Positions 23,561 to 35,700 of a stretch of 64,000 nt of DNA are shown piece after piece (positions within the stretch are counted from its first letter, which is position 1; each line of letters begins with the position of its first letter). Source of the stretch: Takakia lepidozioides (taxonomy: Eukaryota; Plantae; Bryophyta); contig CM060731.1 in assembly GCA_030704615.1 (NCBI GenBank), positions 4,278,001 to 4,342,000 on the forward strand. The letters run 5' to 3'. The notes under the pieces are model-generated. The model searched no databases. It was not told where the DNA came from and was given only the letters and a program-made list of their open reading frames with translations. The translations under genes were made by a program, and so were the position numbers.

Positions 23561-26065
23561 AAGTCCATGACTGTTTCTCGCCCTTCCGGCTTCACATTAT
23601 AACTGGTCACCTTGCTGTTCAGGTCTGTGTTTCCTGTCTCCTGGGCAATTCGATTGATTGCTTGATACAGCCTGTGCCTACAATAAGGTGCCACAGCTAA
23701 TAGCTGTCCAATGGTAATTTCTGCTTTGGTCTGGCATATTACTTCAGCCAAAGTCTCTTCATTACTTTGCATGTCTGTATCTTCTTTCTTCCTTTCTTCC
23801 TCACTCCCTTCTTCTTCTCCATCAGAATCAGAGGAATCTGCCACAGGAATATCAGTACTCTTTTGCATTTCCCTTATAGTATCTGCCACTTCCTTGTGCA
23901 GTTCCTTCTCATCTTTCCAAGTCTCTTCATCTTCAGGCATATCATTGCCACCTTCATTATCATCTTCTTCCTCTACTACTGGAGGTATTAGTTTGGCTTT
24001 ACTTCTTGTTACTATCATTGTACTTACTTCTGGTACAACACATGGCCTAACCATGTGAGCTGCCACCACTGGGCCCTCATTCACAGGAGCTCTCATCTCA
24101 TTCTGGTGTCTTATCCAGAATGAACAGGCTGCCCTGCGATGTCCTGGCTGATTACAATAGTAACATAGTTCTTCACCATTGGGTCCTCGCCCTTGGTCTG
24201 TTCTTGGATTATTTCTATAATCCTGATTCCCGGGCTGATAATTCCCCCTTGGATTACCCTGATAGTTGCCTCTGGTATTTCCTTTGTAATTCCCTCTTGA
24301 ATTACCTCTCCCTTCCATGCCATTGTTATAACCACCAGACCTACCATAGTGGTCCTGATCATTGTTTCTTCTTGGCTGGGGCTGCACCTGATGCACCCTT
24401 ACTTACTTGCCTAGGTTCTCTTGCAGTTGTCCTTCTGTTGTAGTAACAATTCTCAGTAGAATGGTTATCCATTTTACAGATAGTACAGTGTTTCTCCTTC
24501 ATGTGGCATTCTGTGGTGGTATGGCCTTCATTTTGGCACTTTGCACACCATACACCCTTCCTCCAATGTGTTGCAGCCTCTGTGGCATACTTCTTCAAGA
24601 TTTCTTCCAATCTTTTTTCATAGTTATCCCTCTTCAACTTCTCCTTTCTCTTACTCTTTCTTTTAGTTCTTGCTCTTCTTCTTCATCTATCTACTCATCC
24701 TCAGAGTCCTCATCATCCTTTTTCTCTCTCCTGAGCATTCCCAATTGCTCAATTTTGTTAGCAGTTTCAAATGCCTCCTCCACTGTATTATGGGTAACAT
24801 ATCCACTTTCTTTTGCAACTCCGGTCTTAGTCCACTCACAAACCAAGTCTTCTGTAAACCGGGTGCTGGTACTGCAGCCAGCTTTTTCATCATCAATTCC
24901 ATCTTCTCCATATACTCTTCAACAGTTTCATGCTTCTTCTGCTTCAGCTATTGTAAACTCCCATACACTTCATCCTCAGTTTTTACTTGTCCTGAACCTA
25001 TTTCGAAATGCTGTATTCAAGCCATTCTAGGTTAGGAAATGATTATCAGGGAATCTTGCATACCATTCACTTGCTTTCTTGATAATTGAACAAGGAAACA
25101 GTCTCATCTTGGCATCATCCCATTCTCATTGTTCACTATACACATGTGCTCAAATTGGCTAATGTGTACATCGGGATCCCTTTTTCCTGAATATATTGGA
25201 AAGGGTGGTTTTGCCCGTGTTGGTTGTAACGCCATCTGTGGCCCTACCTTCTGCCCACTCACAGGTGCTGGCACCCTTACTGGTGCTGGTCCTTCTGGAC
25301 CTGTTGTTTTTGTGGTGGATCTTCCACCAAGTGGTGGCCCTTGAGCACTCCCCTGCTTCTAGCCCCACTATATTCACAGTATTCCCAGCTTCAGTTGCAC
25401 TACTTCCCACACTCCCTGTCCCCCCAGAGCCAGATCCAGGCCGCCCGCTTGATCCCCCTGAGCCGACACCTTCGTTGGCCTGTGATCCAAGTGCTCCACT
25501 TGATCCAGGTCCAACGGGTTGGGATGTCCTGGTTGTAGTCTCAACCTCAGCTGTTGGGTCTACTTCTTCATATTCTTCCTCTTCCAATTTCTTCTCTTCT
25601 GTTTTCATCCTCCAAGTTCTGCCCTTGGGTTTCTTCTTCACTCATGTAACTCAACTGTAATGGTGTTGGAGAGTCTGAACTCTCCGTTGGCTCTGCCACA
25701 TCCTCTCCTCCTTCTTCACCTTCCGCTTCAGAAACTGGAGTTCCTGCTGGTTTGGTTCCATGCCAACTCTTATCAAAGATTTCTGTCAAATCTTTTATCC
25801 AGGGATGTACCTCAGATCTTTCACCTCGTGATTGATCTTCTTCCCGTACCAATTCCCTTAATCTTTCTTGCAAAGAAACAAAGAGTGGCATCCAACTCTA
25901 GTTCTTCCGGTATGGGTGATATACTCTCTGATCTTAATGGTGTGAGAGGTCCAGATGATTCCCCTATGTCTATTCCTCTCTCCCAAGATATGGATAATTA
26001 GCTTTCAGATAGCTTTCTCTTTTTGCTGAATATCTCTGGCGTCTAGCTTCTCTTTCATCACTCAT
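23561..26065 (-). pseudogene. Gypsy gag with three CCHC zinc knuckles, frameshifted
   Basis: CAKCQNEGHTTTEC, CTICKMDNHSTENC, CYYCNQPGHRRAAC; retrotrans-gag-like LFPCS...W region. Confidence 0.8.
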
Positions 26066-26147
26066 GTCCCATGTCTTTCATTTCTTTTAATGTGGCAATA
26101 ACCAAAACTCTCTTCTGTAATATCTCTCGTATATGCCTGGGTTTCTT

Positions 26148-26785
26148 TCAAGCTTCAATGCACCCTTGGCTATACCTTGAAGTCTCCGTTACCATATAAC
26201 CATATGGCAAACAAGTCTGGAAAGCTGTTCTTGGTGTGAGTTTGATCCACAAAATATCCATTGGAATCCAATTCTTTACCAGTACAAGCTCTTCATGCAT
26301 ATGAGTATAAACATTCAACTTTCTTTCTTCCCAGCCTTCAAACTCTACTCGCTTAATGGATAGCAATGCTATCACATATACCAATGTTGGTAACCAACGT
26401 GCTCTTCCTCTACAGGCTACCTGATAAATCTTTATCACTCCTTTCTCCAGACCCCATTCCGGATCAGCATCATGCACTCGCTTAAGAATATTTTCTTTAC
26501 AACCGTCTGGCAATTCCAAGAACCTTTGAAAGAATTGTTTGGACAATCTTTCTTCCTTCGTTCCACAGGGAATTTGATTCACTTCAAATTCTTTAATGGT
26601 CCAACCACCATGATCCCACCAGATGCCTGTCACATCTGGTTGTTCATTACTTAGATCCCCAGTATGGTCGCCAAATGTCGCACGGCTTTTACTCACCCAT
26701 CCCTTCGCTATTCGAGGCGGAAACTCCAAGATAGAAGAGTTGGAAATTCTCTAAGTACTCAGCCCGCGCAAAACAATCAGTCATG
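26148..26785 (-). CDS. Extra ORF upstream of gag (unknown function), copy 1
   Basis: Track ORF 26148-26729 is homologous to 29119-29754, with many synonymous differences; start extended to the ATG equivalent to 29754. Confidence 0.65.
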
Positions 26786-27299
26786 ACCTACAGCTAGTGT
26801 ATCATGGGGGTGTTTCCTATTTGTTTCCCTTTTGGCATTCATGTTAGCTATCTTACCATTGATAATTAAGTATCAGTTTGCTTTATCAATCTATTGGATT
26901 CCATCACTCATCCATTCATTCCACAGCTTCACTCAGATCTCTCTACACAGTGTGATTGTATCGTAAAAGTATCCGATTATGATTTATCAGGTATCAGGCC
27001 GAAGCCATTGTGTCTCTAATCTGCTCTACAATATCATTACAGCCTTGCATATATCAAGCATCTACTCATCATCTCTCTATCTTCACTTCTGTTCTTCATC
27101 TCTGCCCGATCCCCTCTCCTCCCTGACCAAGAAGTCCTCCTCCGAATGATATCTCCAAAATTCCCCGCTTCTCCCTTTATCTTCCTACCCGTGGTTCTAA
27201 CCGTTTCCCTCACTAACCGTCGTCTGTGAACTAACATGTTCCCTTCGCAGGTGTTTTTCCCCACAGTCGTTCCCTGTCCTGCTCTCCGTTCCCTATGAT

Positions 27300-27520
27300 C
27301 GTGACAGCTGTGTCAAGCTGTGACTGGTTGTGTGAAACTGTGACGGGCTGTGACTGGCTGTGCGACTTTGTTTGGCTGTGTCGGCTGTGATGGCTGTGTC
27401 GGCTGTGACGACTGTGACGGGCTGTGTTGGCTGTGTCAGCTGTGTCGGCTGTGATGACTGTGACGGGCTGTGTTGGCTGTGTTGGCTGTGTCGGCTGTGA
27501 CGACTGTGACGGGCTGTGTA
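27300..27520. repeat. GGCTGTG(T/A)-type ~9-nt minisatellite near the Gypsy LTR edge (copy 1)
   Basis: Tandem ggctgtgtc/ggctgtgac variants. Confidence 0.85.
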
Positions 27521-29118
27521 ACCCCCCTCTACAGTGCGCTGCTGTCACCCCTAAGGCTCCTGTTGGTCTCAGTCTGTGCAAAAATTAAGGGTACCCTACA
27601 GATCCTGTATAAGTGTCTAAGTCCCCGACAGTCCTCTAACAGACTCATCCTCAGAGTCCTCATCATCCCTTTTCTCTCTCCTGAGCATTCCTAATTGCTC
27701 AATTCTATTTGCAGTTTCAAATGCCTCCTCCACTGTATTATGGGGTAACATATCCACTTTCTTTTGCAACTCTGGTCTTAGTCCACTCACAAACCAAGTC
27801 TTCTCTAACCTGGTGCTGGTACTGCAGCCAGCTTTTTCATCATCAATTCCATCTTTTCCATATACTCCTCAACAGTTTCATGCTTCTTTTGCTTTAACTG
27901 TTGTAAACTTCCATACACTTCATCCTCTTTCTTTTACTTGTCCTGAACCTATTTCGGAATGCTGTATTCAAGCCATTCCAGGTTAGGAAATGATTATCAG
28001 GGAATCTTGCATACCATTCACTTGCTTTCTTTATAAGTGAACAAGGAAACAATCTCATCTTGGCATCATCGCCATTCTCATCATCGCCATTCTCATTGTT
28101 CACTATACACATGTGCTCAAATTGGCTAATGTGTACATCGGGATCCCCTTTTCCTGAATATATTGGAAAAGGTGGTTTTGCCCGTGTTGGTTGTAACGCC
28201 ATCTGTGGCTCTACCTTCTGCCCACTGACAGGTGCTGGCACCCTTGCTGGTGATGGTCCTTCTGGACCTGTTGTTGTTGTGGTGGATCTTCCACCAAGTG
28301 GTGGCCCTTGAGCACTCCCTGCTTCTGGCCCTACGATATTCACAGTATTCCCAGCTTCAGTTGCACTACTTCCCACACTCCCTGTCCCCCTAGAGCCAGA
28401 TCCAGGCAGCCCGCCTGATCCCCCTGAGCCGACACCTTCGTTGGCATGTGATCCAAGTGCTCCACTTGATCCAGGTCCAACGAGTTGGGATGTCCTGGTT
28501 GTAGTCTCAACCTCAGCTGTTGGGTCTACTTCTTCATATTCTTCTCTCTTCCAATTTCTTCTCTCTGTTTTCATCCTCCAAGTTCTGCCCTTGGGTTTCT
28601 TCTTCACTCATGTAACTCAACTGCAATGGTGTTGGAGAGTCTGAACTCTCCGTTGGCTCTGCCACATCCTCTCCTCCTTCTTCACCTTCCGCTTCAGAAA
28701 CTGGAGTTCCTGCTTTTTGTGTTCCATGCCAACTCTTATCAAAGATTTCTGTCAAATCTTTTATCCAGGGATGTACCTCAGATCTTTCACCTCGTGATTG
28801 ATCTTCTTTCTTCCGTACCAATTCCCTTAATCTTTCTTGCAAAGAAACAGAAGGAGTGGCATCCAACTCTAGTTCTTCCGGTATGGGTGATATACTCTCT
28901 GATCTTAATGGTGTGAGAGGTCCAGATGATTCCCCTATGTCTATTCCTCTCTCCCAAAGATATGGATAATTAGCTTTCAGATAGCTTTCTCTTTTTGCTG
29001 AATATCTCTGGCGTCTAGCTTCTCTTTCATCACTCATGTCCCATGTCTTTCATTTCTTTTAATGTGGCAATAACCAAAACTCTCTCTGTAATATCTCTCG
29101 TATATGCCTGGGTTTCTT

Positions 29119-29754
29119 TCAAGCTTCAATGCACCCTTGGCTATACCTTGAAGTCTCCGTTACCATATAACCATATGGCAAACAAGTCTGGAAAGCTGTT
29201 CTTGGTGTGAGTTTGATCCACAAAATATCCATTGGAATCCAATTCTTTACCAGTACAAGCTCTTCATGCATATGAGTATAAACATTCAACTTTCTTTCCT
29301 CCCAACCTTCAAACTCTACTCGCTTAATGGATAGCAATGCTATCACATAAACCAATGTTGGTAACCAACGTGCTCTTCCTCTACAGGCCACTTGATAAAT
29401 CTTTATCACTCCTTTCTCCAGACCCCACTCAGGGTCAGCATCATGCACTCTCTTAAGAATGTTTTCCTTACAACCGTCTGGCAATTCCAAAAACCTCTGG
29501 AAGAATCGTTTGGACAATCTTTCCTTCTCAGTTTCACAAGGAATTTGATTCACATCAAATTCTTTAATTCTCCATCCACCATGATCCCACCAGATGCCTG
29601 TCACATCTGGTTGTTCATGACCCAGTTCCCCAGTATGGTCGCCAAATGTCGCGCGGCTTTTACTCACCCATCCCTTCGCTATCCGAGGCGGAAACTCCAA
29701 GATAGAAGAGTTGGAAATCTTTAAGCACTCAGCCCGCTCAGAACAATCAGTCAT
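29119..29754 (-). CDS. Extra ORF upstream of gag (unknown function), copy 2, 211 aa
   Basis: Open ORF conserved with copy 1. Confidence 0.7.
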   Translation of the reverse strand: MTDCSERAECLKISNSSILEFPPRIAKGWVSKSRATFGDHTGELGHEQPDVTGIWWDHGGWRIKEFDVNQIPCETEKERLSKRFFQRFLELPDGCKENILKRVHDADPEWGLEKGVIKIYQVACRGRARWLPTLVYVIALLSIKRVEFEGWEERKLNVYTHMHEELVLVKNWIPMDILWIKLTPRTAFQTCLPYGYMVTETSRYSQGCIEA

Positions 29755-30334
29755 GACCTACAACTAGTGTATCATGGGGGTGTTTCCTATTTGTTTTCCT
29801 TCCTGCATCATGTTAGCTAGTTACTTTACTGTTGGTAATTAAGTATCAGTTTGCTTCAGTAATCTATCGGATTCCATCAACTCATCCATTCATTCCACAG
29901 CTTCACTCAGATCTCTCTACACAGTGTGAGTATGAAGTGTGTATCAGATTAATATCTATCAAGTATCAGGCTGAAGCCATGGAGTCTCTAATCTGCTCTA
30001 CATTACAATTCTACTGCGTGCATTCATTAAGCATCGTCCTCCTCCTACTCCGTGCTCTCCCTCTTTCTCCTCATAGATCCGCTCTCTGCCTCATTTTCCC
30101 CCGTGATGTCCGAAGTCCCCCCCCCAGAAGTGCTCCTCCTACTCCTTCCAACAGTGATTCCCCAAGAAGTGATCCAAGAATTGATCCTTTTCCAGTCCTT
30201 GCTCTTAGCTTTATCTTCCTACCCGTTGTTCTAACCGATTCCCTCACTAACCGTCGTCCGTGAACTAACATGTTCCATTCGCAGGTGTTGTTCCCCACAG
30301 TCGTTCCCTGTCCTGCTATCTGTTCCCTATGGTC

Positions 30335-30645
30335 GTGACAGTTGTGTCAATCTGTGACTGGCTGTGTGAAACTGTGACGGGCTGTAACCGGCTGTGTCGG
30401 GCTGTGACTGGCTATGCGACTGTGTTTGGCTGTGTTGGGTTGTGACTGGCTGTGTGGCTGTGTCGGCTGTGACGGGCTATGTTGGCTGTGATGGGCTGTG
30501 TCGGGCTGTGACGAGCTGTGTTGACTGTGTCTGGCTGTGTCGGACTATGACGGGCTGTGTTGACTGTGATGGGCTGTGTCGGCTGTGTTGGCTGTGACGA
30601 GCTGTGCCGGACTGTGACGGGCTGTGTTGGCTGTGACGGGCTGTG
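30335..30645. repeat. GGCTGTG minisatellite near the LTR edge (copy 2, longer)
   Basis: Same motif as 27300-27520. Confidence 0.85.
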
Positions 30646-30767
30646 TAATCCCCCCGAAAGTGCGCTGCTGTCACCCCTAAGGCTCCTGTTGGTCTCAGTC
30701 TGTGCAAAAATTAAGGGTACCCCACAGATCTCGTATAAGTGTCTAAGTCCCAGACAGTTCTCTAACA

Positions 30768-31745
30768 GATGCTCGTGTGCACCCATATGAATGCAGGCAC
30801 GAGTCATTGTCTTGCATCGGTGTGCTACCTGGTACATACGAGCGTGACACACAGAAACACAGGACGGGGAAAGTTTGCAGAACCTGCACACAAAAGTATT
30901 GGTCTTGGGAGGGCAAGTCCTGGGGTGAAAGGATTCAGGGGCACACCTTCCCACTCACTTTTGTTTGGTTGAGCGCTGTTTCTCAGGCGAGGGCAAGATA
31001 TATTCAGGCACTTGCAATGCCCAACGCAAACCGACCTTCGAAATTTCAATCCAATGTCGTTGTGGATGTTTGACGTTTTTGTCCTGCACCAAGGGTGTCC
31101 GTCATGTTTCTTGTCCATGCCCTGCAGAAGCCCAGCCAGTCCATTGGAAGACGTGGGAGGGTTGAGCTCAAACAAGATGTCCCCATCAAGTTCTGCTGGC
31201 ATGTATTGAACCCGCTGCACACGAAGGGACTCCCAATCAACAAAACGCAGCTCGCTCTTGCACCCAGGCACCCCTGCGAGGGCTTTCAATTTTGGAATGA
31301 CACTCGTTATCTCTTGCAATTCGGATTCATCCAAGAATGGAGTCTGCACTGGCGGAGGAATCTCAGAAACATCCTCCGAGGACGAGTCTGAAAGAGTCAC
31401 GAATGTAGTGGATGTGCTCACCTCTTGTTTCACATGAACTGTGCCCTTTTGCTGCACGACCGATGCTGCAGTTCCAGGGGTAATGACTGATCCTGCTGAT
31501 TGTCTTCTCTCTTTTCCAAGGACACGGTATGTGCCTGGAAGGACTCTCCACTTCCTTCCACACTCGCCAACCAATGGTTTCTCCAAATGTCCAGAATCCA
31601 AATTCCCATCCTCGTCATACACCTCTTTTTGAACAAGCAGAGAACCCAATTCCAGTGGGAACAATGTAACCAGCTCATCCTCATGAACAACTGCAAACCC
31701 ATCGTCGTCTGCAGTGGCAGTCAGTGGAAGACTACCTGCATTGGA
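30768..31745 (-). pseudogene. MULE B transposase N-terminal part (GCM/WRKY-like DBD), truncated by Gypsy insertion
   Basis: ELDGDILFEL...MDKKHDGHPWCRTKTS...CVGHCKC...RACIHMGAHEH, aligning to A and C. Confidence 0.82.
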
Positions 31746-32739
31746 ATGAAATCGGGCTAGTCTATCTCTCCTCCCTGGACATGTTTTCCTACGCTGACCG
31801 AAAGTTTCGATTCACAACGGAATCCCCGAACTGATAGCCCGCAATTCTCGAAAGGGGATCCACCACAAAAAAATTGAGGTCAACAAGGGTAGCACTAACC
31901 CAAAGGCTGCGGGCGATGCATCAAAGGATGCAGGAATGACATGCACTGAACTTCGCAGACAACCACGCTGAGAGACACCAACTAGAAAAACTGTTTTCAA
32001 ATATAGGAAGCCACAAGAAGCCGTGTTGTTTTTTGATGAAAAACAAACCCTGAACATGACATGAAACCATCCTTTATGGAAAGACGGCAACAACCCTGGA
32101 GAGCAGTAAACAGGAAGACCCCGAATGTAATGAGGTTGTGCCGTGCCAGAAGAGCACAACACAAACACTGACACTCCAAGAGTCACCTCGCACGGATGTG
32201 TGCAACACAAGATCATTTCCGACACAACCCTTTATACCGAATGACCCCATGGCGACGATGACGGCAAAATGCAAAGCACAGGGCAGGCAGTACGACACAC
32301 GTGGATGCATATGTGAAGCACAACATTTATGGCGAATCTGCAAGAACTGCTCCAAATTGAACTAGCATTAGATTTCTACGGCACTTCCGAATTTGAAACC
32401 ATGCAAGAAGGCCGCCATATATTGGCAGGCGGCGAAGTACATCTGACATATATCACAAGTACATGCAACGGATGTACATATTTTCTAGCACTTTATTTCT
32501 TGAATAATACAAAGACGCCGAAATGGATGAATTCCGTTCGCACACAATAACAACACCCGCATCCAAATACGGTTGACAATGTCCAATTTTGATTTTGGTT
32601 ACATGCAATAGCAACCCTTGTTGCAAACGTCAAACTGGAGAGCTCTAGAGGCATCGTGGGGAGCCCTTGTTTCCAGCGGAGGAGGAAGAGAAGGAAGTCA
32701 TTATACTTCACGAGCTCTAGAAACAGGAATAGAGCCAGA

Positions 32740-35700
32740 TATAGAATGAGGATGGAAAGAGTGGCCGAAGAGGAAAAGGCGGAAGAAGAGGGCAAAGAGC
32801 AAAGTTCGGCGATGGAAGAGCAGGAATCCGGAGAAGAAGACAAGCAGCCTGCCATAGTTCCAAGAACAGATGAGGAGGACACTGCATCCGAGGGAGAGGC
32901 AGACGTCAAAGATGATGTTGACGCTGGCCTCACGAAGAACCTAATAGTGGAAGAGAGGATGGGGGAGATGCTCCAGAACATGCAAGGCGTGGAGAGCAGT
33001 CCGAAGTGCAAAGGGTCCCCGGCGATTGGGGAGTCTTCTGGAGCAGCCAAAAAAAGGTTCAATCTTTGAAACCCACCTTTGTGCTTCATTACTGATGTGA
33101 ACCCAAGTTGAGATTCTATTTCGATATGAACATAGTCTTTACACGGCATCTCTGCCAGGTTGCATCAACCGCGAACAAGAAGCTCAAACAGTGTGCGTTG
33201 ACGCACATTGTTTGAGCCTTCCATTTTGCTGGCTTGTTGATGTGCGAAACGGCCAAATTGGGGAACTACGGCAGGTTCAAACCACCACAAATTGGAAGCT
33301 GAAATAGTGTGCGTTGACGCACACTGTTTGAGCCCCGCATTTTACTTGATTGATGGTGTGCAAAACGGCCAGATAGGGCCACTATGCCCGGTTCAATCCT
33401 CCACTATTTGGCAGCTCAAACAGTGTGCGTTGGCGCACACTGTTTGAGCCCACCTTGTCATTGTTTTTTCATCTGAAAAACGGCCTCAAACGGCATGTAT
33501 TTGAGGATCAATCATCACTTACATGGTAGCTCAAACAGTGTGCGTCAACGCACACTGTTTGAGCTCACCTTGTCATTGCCTTTGTCATCTAAAAATCGGC
33601 CACATAGGGTATGAATTTGAGGATCAATCATCACTTACCTGGCAGCTCAAACAGTGTGCGATGGCGCACACTGTTTGAGCTACCCTTATCATTGCCTTTT
33701 TCGTTTGAAAATCGGCCACATAGGGCATTTCTCTGCGGATCGATGAACACTTATCTGGCACCTCAAACAGTGTGCGTTGGCGCACACTGTTTGATCCCAC
33801 CTTGTCATTGTTTTTTCATCTGAAAAACGGCCACAAACGGCATGTATTTGAGGATCAATCATCACTTACATGGCAGCTCAAACATTGTGCGTCAACGCAC
33901 ATTGTTTCAGATCACCTTGTCATTGCCTTTGTCATCTGAAAATCAAACACATAGGGTTTGTATTTGAGGATCAATCATCACTTACCTGGCAGCTTAAACA
34001 GTGTGCGTTGGCGCACACTGTTTGAGCCCACCTTGTCACTGTTTTTTCCCTGTGAAATTCGGCAATACAGGGCATGTCTCTGAGGTTCAATGAACACTTA
34101 GCTGGCAGCTCAAATAGTGGGCGTCAACGCACACTGTTTGAGCTCACCTTGTCATTGCCTTTGTCATCTGAAAATCGGCCACATAGGGTTTGTATTTGAG
34201 GATCAATCATCACTTACCTGGCAGCTCAAACAGTGTGCGATGGCGCACACTGTTTGAGCCCACCTTGTCACTATTTTTTCCCTGTGAAATTCGGCAATAC
34301 AGGGCATGTCTCTGAGGTTCAATGAACACTTACCTGGCACCTCAAACAGTGTGCGTCAACGCACACTGTTTGAGCTCACCTTGTCATTGCCTTTGTCATC
34401 TGAAAATCAAACACATAGGGTTTGTATTTGAGGATCAATCATCACTTACCTGGCAGCTCAAACAGTGTGCGTTGGCGCACACTTTTTGAGCCTACCTTGT
34501 CACTGTTTTTTCCCTGTGAAATTCGGGAATACAGGGCATCTCTCTGCGGTTCAATGAACACTTATCTGGCAGCTCAAACATTGTGCGTCAACGCACACTG
34601 TTTGAGCTCACCTTGTCATTGCCTTTGTCATCCGAAAATTGGCCACATAGGGTTTGTATTTGAGGATCAATCATCACTTACCTGGCAGCTCAAAGAGTGT
34701 GCGTTGGCGCACACTGTTTGAGCCCACCTTGTCACTGTTTTTTCCCTGTGAAATTAGGCAATACAGGGCATGTCTCTGCGGTTCAATGATCACTTATCTG
34801 GCAGCTCGAACAGTGTGCGTCAACGCACACTGTTTGAGCTCACCTTGTCATTGCCTTTGTCATCCCAAATTCGACCACATAGGGGTTGTATTTGAGGATC
34901 AATCATCACTTACCTGGCAGCTCAATAAGTGTGCGTTGACGCACACTGTTTGAGTCCACCTTGTCACTGTTTTTTCCCTGTGAAATTCGGCAATACCAGG
35001 CATGTCTCTGCGGTTCAATGAACACTTATCTGGCAGCTCAAACAGTGTGCGTCAACGCACACTGTTTGAGCTCACCTTGTCATTGCCTTTGTCATCCAAA
35101 AATCGGCCACATAGGGGTTGTATTTTAGGATCAATCATCACTTACCTGGCAGCTTAAACAGTGTGCGTTGGCGCACACTGTTTCAGCCCACCTTGTCACT
35201 GTTCTTTCCCTGTGAAATTCGGCAATACAGGGCATGTCTCTGAGGTTCAATGAACACTTACCTGGCAGCTCAAACAGTGTGCGTCAACGCACACTGTTTG
35301 AGCTCACATTGTCATTGCCTTTGTCATCCAAAAATCGGCCACATAGGGTTTGCATTTGAGGATCGATCATCACTTACCTGGCAGCTCAAACAGTGTGCGC
35401 TAGCACACACTGTTTGAGCCCACCTTGTCACTGTTTTTTCCCTGTGAAATTTGGCAATACAGGGCATGTCTGTGAGGTTCAATGAACACTTACCTGGCAG
35501 CTCAAACAGTGTGCGTCAACGCACACTGTTTGAGCTCACCTTGTCAGTGCCTTTGTCATCTGAAAATCGGCCACTAAGGGCTTCTCTTTGAGGTTCAATG
35601 AACACTTACGTGGCATGTCTCTGAGGTTCACTGAACACTTACCTTGGAGCTCAAACAGTGTGCATCAACGCACACTGTTTGAGCTCACATTTTCTTTTTT

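Larger units (their letters stand above)
20420..27641 (-). mobile_element. Ty3/Gypsy LTR retrotransposon copy 1 (non-chromovirus Tat/Athila-like), truncated in integrase
   Basis: LTR edge TGTTAG at 27641; extra ORF, gag, PR, RT, RH, INT in Gypsy order. Confidence 0.9.
27642..30767 (-). mobile_element. Same Gypsy family, copy 2 (LTR, extra ORF, gag 5' half), interrupted by copy 1 and inserted in MULE B transposase
   Basis: Near-identical to 24692-27641; LTR edge ...CTAACA at 30767 abuts transposase sequence. Confidence 0.9.

Noticed and set aside
27642-30767. Assembly duplication of 24692-27641
   Set aside because: Copies differ by many substitutions and in minisatellite length, and the junction falls exactly at an LTR edge, consistent with nested insertion.
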